Source: Pseudomonadota bacterium
Lineage (GTDB): Bacteria > UBA10199 > 2-02-FULL-44-16 > JAAZCA01
Assembly (NCBI GenBank): GCA_043798915.1
Contig: JAZDOG010000090.1
Span: forward strand, 1-64,000
Reading direction: 5' to 3'
Length of the DNA stretch: 64,000 nt
The notes below the pieces were generated by a model that saw only the letters and a list, made by a program, of their open reading frames with translations, did no database searches and was not told the origin of the DNA. Shown piece by piece: positions 56,770 to 64,000 of the stretch (position 1 is the first letter of the stretch; each line of letters opens with the position of its first letter). A program made the translations under genes and the position numbers.

Positions 56770-57489
56770 ATGTCCAAGATCAAAATTACAATCGATGGCA
56801 AACAGGTCGAGGCGGGGGCGGGTGAACGTTTGCTCGATGTCTGCAGGCGCTTCGACATCTTCATCCCGACGCTCTGCGAGCATCAGGACCTGAAGCCCTA
56901 CGGCGTCTGCAGGCTCTGCATCGTCGAGTGGGACCGCGGCGATTGGTCGAAGATCATCACGTCGTGCAACTTCCCGGTCAAGGAAGGGCAGGTATTCAAG
57001 ACGTCGTCCGACAAGGTCGTGCGCGAGCGAAAGATGATAATGGAGTTCACGCTCGCGCGCTCATCCAAGACGCCCGAGATATTGGCTCTTGCGAAGAGGG
57101 TCGGCGTGGAATCGTCGCGCTTCCCGGCGAAGGATGAAGGCTGCATCCTCTGCGGCATGTGCATACGCGCCTGCTCCGAGGTCGTCGAGGCGAACGCGAT
57201 CTCGTTTGCGGAGCGGGGGCCGATGCGCAAGATCTCGTCGCCGTTCTTCGGCGAGGCCGGCGACTGCATCGGCTGCGGTTCATGCGCCTATGTATGCCCC
57301 ACGAACTACATCGAGATGACCGAGGATGAGAACACCCGCAGCATCCCGCTCTGGGATGTCAAATTCGAGATGGCCAAATGCAAGAAGTGCGGCCAGAAGA
57401 TAGCCCCCAAAAAGCAGATCGAATTCATGAAGAAGAAGGCGAAGGACATTCCTGAAGACTGGTTCGATCTGTGTCAGAATTGCAGGTAG
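56770..57489 (+). CDS. Short NuoG/HydA-N-terminus-like Fe-S protein without catalytic domain
   Basis: IPTLC..GVCRLC..TSC [2Fe-2S]; CILCGMCIRAC, CIGCGSCAYVCP; extra CKKC...CQNC; only 239 aa. Confidence 0.85.
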   Translation: MSKIKITIDGKQVEAGAGERLLDVCRRFDIFIPTLCEHQDLKPYGVCRLCIVEWDRGDWSKIITSCNFPVKEGQVFKTSSDKVVRERKMIMEFTLARSSKTPEILALAKRVGVESSRFPAKDEGCILCGMCIRACSEVVEANAISFAERGPMRKISSPFFGEAGDCIGCGSCAYVCPTNYIEMTEDENTRSIPLWDVKFEMAKCKKCGQKIAPKKQIEFMKKKAKDIPEDWFDLCQNCR

Positions 57490-57538
57490 CTAGTAAGGAC
57501 ACACCGCATTTCTTTCTGGGTGGTTATCAGAGGTCCCA

Positions 57539-58123
57539 TTATCCATTTTTCAAGCCGCGCAGCACCTGCGTGCTTATGGAGCGGAATGCGTCGAAGACGC
57601 CCTCTCCGGTCGTGGCCACCGTCTCATGCTCCTCGCCGCCCTCCGAGTTCAGGTAGCGGCGGAGCTCATCCAGCGGCACTGCGTTTGCCATGTCGCGCTT
57701 GTTGTACTGGTAGACGCATGGTATCTCGCCCCATGCGTGCCCTTCGCCCTTCAGTATCTCCTTCAAGCTGTCGAGGCTTTTGAGATTAGATTCCATCCTT
57801 TCCAGCGCCGAGTCGGCGACGAAGACGACGCCGTCGACGCCCTTGGAGATCAGCGCGCGGCTCTGCTGATAGCCCACCTCGCCCGGCACCGTGTAGAGGT
57901 GCAGTCTCACCGTGTAGCCGCGTATCTTGCCCACGTTCAGCGGAACGAAGTCGAAGAACAGCGTGCGGTCGTTATCCTGGGAGAGCGACACCATATCGCC
58001 CTTCGCCCCCTTCCGGATCTCGCTGTAGATATGCCGGAGGGAGGTGGATTTGCCGCAGAGGGCGGGCCCGTAATAGACGATCTTGCAGTTGATCTCTCTG
58101 GTCTTGTCGTTTGTGAAGGACAT
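57539..58123 (-). CDS. mglA: MglA-family small Ras-like GTPase
   Basis: REINCKIVYYGP.LCGK, RTLFFDF, LYTVPG, KGVDGVVFVADS, QYNKRD. Confidence 0.88.
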   Translation of the reverse strand: MSFTNDKTREINCKIVYYGPALCGKSTSLRHIYSEIRKGAKGDMVSLSQDNDRTLFFDFVPLNVGKIRGYTVRLHLYTVPGEVGYQQSRALISKGVDGVVFVADSALERMESNLKSLDSLKEILKGEGHAWGEIPCVYQYNKRDMANAVPLDELRRYLNSEGGEEHETVATTGEGVFDAFRSISTQVLRGLKNG

Positions 58124-58153
58124 GCATACCCCCGTCGTGCGTTGCGCGTGACG

Positions 58154-58801
58154 TTACTTTGGCACTTTTTCCCAATCCTTCAAAAACTTTTCAATCCCGA
58201 TATCCGTCAGCGGGTGCTGCATGAACTGTTTGATCACCGCAAACGGGACGGTGCAGATGTCTGCGCCGAGGAGGGCCGCCTCGCGCATGTGCAGCGGATT
58301 GCGGACGCTGGCCACGATCACCTCTGTCTCGAAGCCGTAGTTTTCGTATATGCGGACGATGTCCGATATGAGGTCCATCCCGACCTGCGATATGTCGTCC
58401 AGCCTTCCCACGAATGGGCTCACGAAAGTCGCGCCGGCCTTGGCCACGAGCAGCGCCTGGTTCGGCGAGAAGCAGAGTGTCGAGTTGGTCTTGATCCCCA
58501 TCCCGGCCAGCGCTTTTATCGCCTTGAGGCCTTCGACCGTCGACGGAATCTTGCAGACCACGTTGGACCCTAAGTCGGCGAGCTTCTTCGACTGCTCGAT
58601 CATCCCCTTCGCATCGAGAGCGGTCGTCTCAAGGCTCACGGGCCGGTCCGGTATCTCGGTCAGGATATCCTTCACGACCGTCTTGAAGTCGCGGCCCGTC
58701 TTCGAGACGAGCGAGGGGTTCGTGGTGACGCCGTCGAGGACGCCCATGGCGTTTGCCTCGCTGATTTCGGTGATATTTGCTGTGTCGATGAAGAGTTTCA
58801 C
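58154..58801 (-). CDS. fsa: Transaldolase / fructose-6-phosphate aldolase (short form)
   Basis: [44 protein letters not shown]. Confidence 0.92.
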   Translation of the reverse strand: MKLFIDTANITEISEANAMGVLDGVTTNPSLVSKTGRDFKTVVKDILTEIPDRPVSLETTALDAKGMIEQSKKLADLGSNVVCKIPSTVEGLKAIKALAGMGIKTNSTLCFSPNQALLVAKAGATFVSPFVGRLDDISQVGMDLISDIVRIYENYGFETEVIVASVRNPLHMREAALLGADICTVPFAVIKQFMQHPLTDIGIEKFLKDWEKVPK

Positions 58802-59031
58802 GTGTTTCCTTTCGGTTTAGACCTGCAATCTTCGCTGCAATAGAAATGCCCGCCGTTTTTGATGATCTCGCTCCTCAAAATGAAAGTGCCGCAGTGGAAG
58901 CATGCCACCATTTCCCTGGGCTTGGCAAGTCCCCTGTCATCCAGGTTTGAAGGGCGGTTCCTCCCGCCAATCCTTCGCCAGAGGGCGACAAGGACATAGA
59001 TTATCAGAGCTATTGTGAGCAGGCGGAGCAT
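58798..59031 (-). CDS. Small membrane-anchored Zn-ribbon protein (PP0621/TRASH-like)
   Basis: N-terminal TM helix; [12 protein letters not shown]...FYCSEDC; GTGA overlap with fsa. Confidence 0.7.
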   Translation of the reverse strand: MLRLLTIALIIYVLVALWRRIGGRNRPSNLDDRGLAKPREMVACFHCGTFILRSEIIKNGGHFYCSEDCRSKPKGNT

Positions 59032-59494
59032 TTTTTTCAAGCTCGCGCATAGTCAGCCCCAGCACGGGATGCACGAGCGCAGGGGCTATATCACACAGGG
59101 GGGTCAAGACAAACAATCTTTTTGAAAGCCTGGGGTGCGGGATCGTGATGGCCGGGGAATCGAGCACCAGCGCGTCATAGAGGAGGATGTCGAGGTCGAT
59201 CGTGCGCGCGAGGCCGGTAGGCCGGGGATGGGGACGGCCAAGGGTCTTCTCGATGTCCAATAATGCAAGCAACAGCTCCTGCGGCGTCAGCGACGTGGAT
59301 ATCTTCGCCGCAGCATTTATAAAGGGCCCCGAATTCTCGATATGCGAACCCAAAGGTTCTGTCTCGTAGGAGTTTGAAACTTTCACCACCTCATTGCTGC
59401 CGCCTATGAGCTCGAGCGCCTTGCGGACATTCTCATGCCTGTCACCGAGGTTCGACCCAAGGCCTATGTATGCGATGTGGGTGTTGCGCGTCAT
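58937..59494 (-). CDS. folK: 2-amino-4-hydroxy-6-hydroxymethyldihydropteridine pyrophosphokinase
   Basis: AYIGLGSNLGD, YETEP, FINAA, RTIDLDILLY, IPHPR...RLFVLTPL. Confidence 0.93.
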   Translation of the reverse strand: MTRNTHIAYIGLGSNLGDRHENVRKALELIGGSNEVVKVSNSYETEPLGSHIENSGPFINAAAKISTSLTPQELLLALLDIEKTLGRPHPRPTGLARTIDLDILLYDALVLDSPAITIPHPRLSKRLFVLTPLCDIAPALVHPVLGLTMRELEKNAPPAHNSSDNLCPCRPLAKDWREEPPFKPG

Positions 59495-59502
59495 GTCAAC
59501 TG

Positions 59503-59590
59503 TTTCCCCTCCCTTGATGGGAGGGGATCAAGGGGAGGGTGATCATGTGCCACCCTCTCCCTGACCCTCTCCCATCAAGGGAGAGGGAAA
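59503..59590. repeat. Palindromic repeat family C doublet between dapB and folK
   Basis: TTTCCCCTCCCTTGATGGGAGGGG...CCCTGACCCTCTCCCATCAAGGGAGAGGGAAA; reverse orientation to the core of 47248-47415, no TIRs. Confidence 0.8.
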
Positions 59591-59614
59591 AGCGATATCG
59601 GATTATGGTTCTAC

Positions 59615-60349
59615 TTAAAGTCCCAGGACATCTCCCATATCGTAGAGCCCGGCGGGTTTGCCGACGACCCAGCGGGTTGCGACGAGCGCCCCTTCGGCGA
59701 AGATACTGCGGTTGCCGGCATGATGCTGGATGGAGATCGTCTCGCCGGGGCTTGTGAAATGGATCACATGGTCGCCCACGATCTCGCCCCTGCGCACAGA
59801 TCGAACGCTCACCTCCATGTCCTCGCCCTTTCGAGGCAGCGTCTCCTCCTCGTAAAAAAAGACGTCCTTGTCGAGGCGGCGCCCGCTCTTCTTGAGCACG
59901 ATGTCGAGAATGCGCTTTGCGGTTCCGCTGGGCTTGTCGAGCTTGTGGACGTGATGCGTCTCGACGATGTCGACCTTGAATTGCCTGCCGAGAGCGTGAG
60001 CAGCCGTCTCCACGAGCTTCCACATCACGTTGACCCCGGCGCTCATATTGGGCGAGCAGACGACCGGAACGGTTCGCGCCGCAGCGCGGAGTGTCGCCTC
60101 TTGGGCTGCGGAGAAACCGGTTGTCCCTATGACGATCGCTTTTGCGTGCCTGGCAGCCATCTCGGCGTGCCGCAGGGAAGCCTCCGGCACGGTGAAGTCG
60201 ATGACGACGTCGGCGCTGCTTATCGCTTCATTGAGCGACCCGCCGATGTCGACTTCGGCGGCCAGCGAGAGGTCCTTTGATTCCTTTATCATATTCACTA
60301 TCTGGCTGCCCATACGCCCTTTGGAACCAGTGACTATGACTTTGATCAT
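59615..60349 (-). CDS. dapB: 4-hydroxy-tetrahydrodipicolinate reductase
   Basis: GSKGRMG, DVVIDFT, IGTTG, SPNMSAG, ETHHVHKLDKPSGTA. Confidence 0.93.
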   Translation of the reverse strand: MIKVIVTGSKGRMGSQIVNMIKESKDLSLAAEVDIGGSLNEAISSADVVIDFTVPEASLRHAEMAARHAKAIVIGTTGFSAAQEATLRAAARTVPVVCSPNMSAGVNVMWKLVETAAHALGRQFKVDIVETHHVHKLDKPSGTAKRILDIVLKKSGRRLDKDVFFYEEETLPRKGEDMEVSVRSVRRGEIVGDHVIHFTSPGETISIQHHAGNRSIFAEGALVATRWVVGKPAGLYDMGDVLGL

Positions 60350-60359
60350 GTCATCCCTC

Positions 60360-61238
60360 TCATGCGATTATTTCGTTTTGTTTTAGAATCCTTATCAGTT
60401 CTGCCCTCGGCCCTTCGCTCATCGGTGTCAAAGGCAGGCGGAACTCTTCGCAGCAGCGCCCCATGGCGGCGAGCGCCGTCTTGGCTGGTATGGGGTTTGT
60501 CTCCAGGAACATGGCGCGGTTCAATGCCTCGAGCCTCAAGTGCAGCCGCCTCGCCGTCGAGGTGTGCCCCTCCGAGAAGGCGTCCCACACCGCGGCGACA
60601 CGGTCGGGTGCGACATTGGAAGTGACGGAGATGCAGCCGCGGCCGCCGGCGGCGTAGATGTCGAGGTTCATGGCATCGTCGCCGGAGAAGACTGAAAATT
60701 CGTCCGGCGCGTCTTTGATGATGCCCTTTATCTGTTCGAGGTTACCGCAGGCCTCTTTGATCCCCACCACGATGTCGATCGCAGCGAGCCTTAAGGTCGT
60801 CTCGGGAAGCATATTTACAGATGTCCTCCCCGGGACATTGTAGAGCACCATCGGCAGGTCGACCACTTCAGCGATTGCCTTGAAGTGGCGGTAGAGCCCC
60901 TCCTGCGTCGGCTTGTTGTAATAAGGCGTCACCTGGAGAGTGCCGTCGGCGCCTGCGGCCTTCGCGGTACGCGCAAGGCGGATGGCAGCAGAAGTCGAAT
61001 TGGATCCCGCGCCGGCGAGCACCGGCGCGCGGCCGGCGGCCTCCTCGACGGTGATGCGGATGATGCGGTCTCGTTCATCCGGTTCGAGCGTCGCGGCTTC
61101 GCCGGTTGTCCCGCACGGCACGAGGACGTCGGCGCCGCTTGCGATCTGCCAGGCGATGAATTCTCTGAATGCATCCTCATCGAGGCGCCCGTCCTTGAAG
61201 GGCGTCACGAGCGCGACCATGGAGCCACGGAATTGCAT
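60360..61238 (-). CDS. dapA: 4-hydroxy-tetrahydrodipicolinate synthase
   Basis: ALVTPF, CGTTGE, TPYYNKP, LYNVPGRT, GIKEA, SGDD, ETNPIP; ATG 61238 gives 292 aa. Confidence 0.94.
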   Translation of the reverse strand: MQFRGSMVALVTPFKDGRLDEDAFREFIAWQIASGADVLVPCGTTGEAATLEPDERDRIIRITVEEAAGRAPVLAGAGSNSTSAAIRLARTAKAAGADGTLQVTPYYNKPTQEGLYRHFKAIAEVVDLPMVLYNVPGRTSVNMLPETTLRLAAIDIVVGIKEACGNLEQIKGIIKDAPDEFSVFSGDDAMNLDIYAAGGRGCISVTSNVAPDRVAAVWDAFSEGHTSTARRLHLRLEALNRAMFLETNPIPAKTALAAMGRCCEEFRLPLTPMSEGPRAELIRILKQNEIIA

Positions 61239-61243
61239 GTCAG

Positions 61244-61272
61244 GAGATTGCTTCGCTTTGCTCACAATTACA
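61244..61272. repeat. Degenerate half of a GAGATTGCTTCG...CAATGAC-type palindromic element
   Basis: GAGATTGCTTCGCTTTGCTCACAATTACA between dapF and dapA. Confidence 0.45.
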
Positions 61273-61280
61273 AGCTGTTT

Positions 61281-62126
61281 TTAGACTACGATCTCACCTT
61301 TGAAAATCATCTCTGCCGGGCCTCGCATGTGGACGTGGTTGTCCTTGGTGCTCCACTCTACTTCCAGTTTTCCGCCCGGAGGCACGACAGTCATCTTGCG
61401 GTCGGTGAAGCCGTTCAAGACCGAAGCGACAGCGGACGCGCATGCCGCCGTGCCGCATGCGAGCGTCTCACCGGCGCCGCGCTCCCACACCCGCATGTGT
61501 ATCTCGCTCCTGCTGATGACGTTGACGAAGCTCACGTTCACCCGCTTCGGGAAGATGGAATGGTTCTCGAGGAGCGGGCCCAGGCGCTCCACAGGGACGG
61601 CCTGCAGGTCCTCGTGGAAGGTCACGCAGTGCGGGTTTCCCATCGAGAGGCACGTGATGCGGAACTCCTTCACCTCCGTCTTGAGCGGCCGGTTCACGAT
61701 TCGCCCCGAGAGGTTGACCGGTATGTCCTTGCCCTTCATGATTGGTTCGCCCATGTCGACGTCCATGACCTTCCCCATATGGCGGACGATGCGGGGGCCT
61801 GCCGGAGTGGCGATGTTGAGTTCCTTCTTCGATGATATGCCGGCATCTTTGATGTAGCGGGCGAGGCAGCGGATGCCGTTGCCGCACATTTCGGCTTCGC
61901 TCCCGTCAGCATTGAAGATGCGCATGGCAAAGTCGCATTTGCCGGACTTGAGCAGCAAGATGAGCTGGTCGGCGCCGATCCCCGTGTGGCGGTTGCAGAG
62001 CTTTCTGGCCAGGTGGTTCGGATTCTGAAAAGCGGCGTGATGCAGGCAGTCGAAGAGGATCGCATCGTTGCCAAGCCCATGCATCTTGACGAACTGGCGT
62101 GCCTTCGATTTTGTCGCTGCAGCCAT
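61281..62126 (-). CDS. dapF: Diaminopimelate epimerase
   Basis: FVKMHGLGND, GIGADQ, NADGSEAEMCGNG, MGNPH, ERGAGETLACGTA. Confidence 0.95.
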   Translation of the reverse strand: MAAATKSKARQFVKMHGLGNDAILFDCLHHAAFQNPNHLARKLCNRHTGIGADQLILLLKSGKCDFAMRIFNADGSEAEMCGNGIRCLARYIKDAGISSKKELNIATPAGPRIVRHMGKVMDVDMGEPIMKGKDIPVNLSGRIVNRPLKTEVKEFRITCLSMGNPHCVTFHEDLQAVPVERLGPLLENHSIFPKRVNVSFVNVISRSEIHMRVWERGAGETLACGTAACASAVASVLNGFTDRKMTVVPPGGKLEVEWSTKDNHVHMRGPAEMIFKGEIVV

Positions 62127-62182
62127 ATATACCCCCGCACGAATTAGCTAACTCATTGAAATGACAACTGAAATTTCGCGGC

Positions 62183-62211
62183 AGGATAACAACTGAGGTG
62201 CGGTTTGTCAA
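62183..62211 (-). promoter_or_regulatory. sigma70 promoter of the dapF operon
   Basis: Minus strand TTGACA-17-TATCCT with extended TG. Confidence 0.7.
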
Positions 62212-62528
62212 GGAAATCAGCGAAAGCACTTGACTTTTTTGGGTATTTTCTACACGCTGTCCCGAGTCTTCCAGAAAAGGCAGCTGTCAGGTCAACAGGA
62301 CAACCCCCTAATCGGTGCTTTCTTTTCAAGCGACAGGTTTTTCGTCAACCCATCTTAGAGGCGTTCAGGAAATCTGAAAACGCAGATGGCGGGTGTTTGT
62401 GGGCTTAAATCTCCTTCCGACATTCACGATATGAACAACACAACGGCTGTCATGCCGGACTCCTATAACTCCAACCAGATCATTTCATAGCTGACTCAAA
62501 GTCGGCCAATTTCAAAGAAGGGGTGTAT

Positions 62529-63776
62529 ATGCATCTGAACGAACTCAAGGCGAAGAAGATCAGCGAACTGCTCGAGATGGGGAATCAGTTCAACATCGAG
62601 GGCGCCGCAAACATGCGCAAACAGGAGCTGATCTTCGCCCTCCTGCAGGCACATACCGAGAAGAACGGCGCGATATTCGGCGAGGGTGTGCTCGAGACCC
62701 TGCCCGACGGCTTCGGCTTCCTGCGCTCTCCGGATTACAACTATCTCCCGGGCCCGGACGACATCTACGTATCGCCTTCGCAGATCAGGCGCTTTAACCT
62801 CCGGACCGGCGACACGATCTCCGGGCAGATCCGGCCGCCCAAAGAGGGAGAGCGCTACTTTGCGCTCCTCAAGGTCGAGAATATCAACTTCGAGGTGCCG
62901 GAAAAGTCCAAGGATAAGATACTCTTCGACAACCTGACGCCGCTCTATCCGAACGAGCGCATCAGGCTTGAGTTCGATCAAAAAAACTACTCGACGCGGA
63001 TCATGGACCTCTTCACCCCGATCGGCATGGGTCAGAGGGCGCTGATCGTCTCTCCGCCGCGCGCTGGCAAGACGGTGCTCCTGCAGAACGTCGCCAACGC
63101 GGTGACCTCGAACCATCCAGATATCAAGATGATCGTGCTGCTCATCGACGAGCGGCCCGAGGAGGTCACCGACATGCAGCGCTCCGTCCGGGCGGAAGTC
63201 GTCTCCTCCACCTTCGACGAACCGGCACAGCGCCACGTGCAGGTCGCGGAGATGGTGATAGAGAAGGCCAAGCGCCTCGTGGAGCACGGCAAGAACGTCG
63301 TGATCCTGCTCGATTCGATCACGCGCCTTGCGCGCGCCTATAACGCCGTCGTGCCGCCGTCGGGCAAGATACTCTCCGGCGGAGTCGACTCCAACGCCCT
63401 GCACAAGCCCAAGCGTTTCTTCGGCGCGGCGCGAAACATCGAGGAGGGCGGGAGCCTGACGATCATCGGCACGGCCCTGATCGACACCGGCAGCAGGATG
63501 GACGAGGTGATCTTCGAGGAATTCAAGGGCACGGGCAACATGGAGATACATCTCGACCGCAAGCTCATGGAAAAGCGCATCTTCCCGTGCATGGACATCA
63601 ACAAGTCCGGCACCCGCAAGGAGGAGCTGCTCCTCAACGAGGAGGAGCTCAACAAGGTCTGGATACTCCGCAAGATGCTGCAGCCCTTGAACCAGATCGA
63701 CGCCATGGAGTTCCTGCTCGACAAGATAGCCCCCTGCAAGACCAACAAGGAATTCCTGATGTCGATGAACAAGTGA
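62529..63776 (+). CDS. rho: Transcription termination factor Rho
   Basis: [65 protein letters not shown]. Confidence 0.97.
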   Translation: MHLNELKAKKISELLEMGNQFNIEGAANMRKQELIFALLQAHTEKNGAIFGEGVLETLPDGFGFLRSPDYNYLPGPDDIYVSPSQIRRFNLRTGDTISGQIRPPKEGERYFALLKVENINFEVPEKSKDKILFDNLTPLYPNERIRLEFDQKNYSTRIMDLFTPIGMGQRALIVSPPRAGKTVLLQNVANAVTSNHPDIKMIVLLIDERPEEVTDMQRSVRAEVVSSTFDEPAQRHVQVAEMVIEKAKRLVEHGKNVVILLDSITRLARAYNAVVPPSGKILSGGVDSNALHKPKRFFGAARNIEEGGSLTIIGTALIDTGSRMDEVIFEEFKGTGNMEIHLDRKLMEKRIFPCMDINKSGTRKEELLLNEEELNKVWILRKMLQPLNQIDAMEFLLDKIAPCKTNKEFLMSMNK

Positions 63777-63860
63777 GCTCCGGATTTTCTTGCATTTTCC
63801 CTCCGCGGTGTTACATAATTCCGCAATTTTAATGGTGTTTCCATGCCGGGAGTCCATCCC

Positions 63861-64000
63861 ATGCAAGGCACAAATACATCCGTTCGCCGCGCGATTCTGG
63901 TGGTCCTCCTGCTCCTTGTCGCCGGGGCCGGGATCTCGCTGCCCAGACCCGCGTTGGCCCTGACTGAAAAGGGATACCGCGCGCTCCACGTCTTCACCAA
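63861..64000 (+). CDS. N-terminus of an exported protein, possibly an S41 C-terminal protease (partial)
   Basis: Signal peptide ...[25 protein letters not shown] followed by [10 protein letters not shown]; open to window end. Confidence 0.4.
   Translation, partial: MQGTNTSVRRAILVVLLLLVAGAGISLPRPALALTEKGYRALHVFT

Noticed and set aside
54409..57489. Respiratory complex I or [FeFe]-hydrogenase
   Set aside because: No membrane nuo genes; third subunit is only 239 aa with no H-cluster motifs

Overview
GC-rich bacterial chromosomal segment. The gene set (MglA, sigma54 and sigma28 promoters, a PEGA-type Ser/Thr kinase, POR, a HydBC-like module) suggests an anaerobic or facultative deltaproteobacterium-like organism; this is inference. 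The housekeeping backbone comprises an oligopeptide ABC operon, xseA-xseB-ispA, yjbQ plus a RuBisCO-like protein, mntP, a GH57-type glycogen operon, kce, porCDAB with a NuoEFG/HydCBA-like trio, dapF-dapA-dapB-folK-fsa-mglA, and rho. Short AT-richer accessory units are interleaved with it: a MADS-like ATPase/TOPRIM pair inside the opp operon, three adjacent toxin-antitoxin modules, three solo ATPase-nuclease genes and a decayed type III restriction-modification locus. At least five families of miniature palindromic or MITE-like repeats occur, one inserted in-frame in xseA and one with an 8-bp target duplication. The most striking candidates are: (i) a sigma54-flanked locus with a Ser/Thr kinase, a MITE-bracketed secreted M15 peptidase plus HEAT lipoprotein, and a signal-peptide Rhs protein with an L,D-transpeptidase-like tip and no downstream immunity gene; (ii) POR translationally coupled to a catalytic-subunit-less electron-bifurcating module; (iii) an orphan MglA with natural substitutions at both classic GTP-locking positions. 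No rRNA, tRNA or CRISPR array was seen. All family calls come from motif recognition by eye; no database searches were run.
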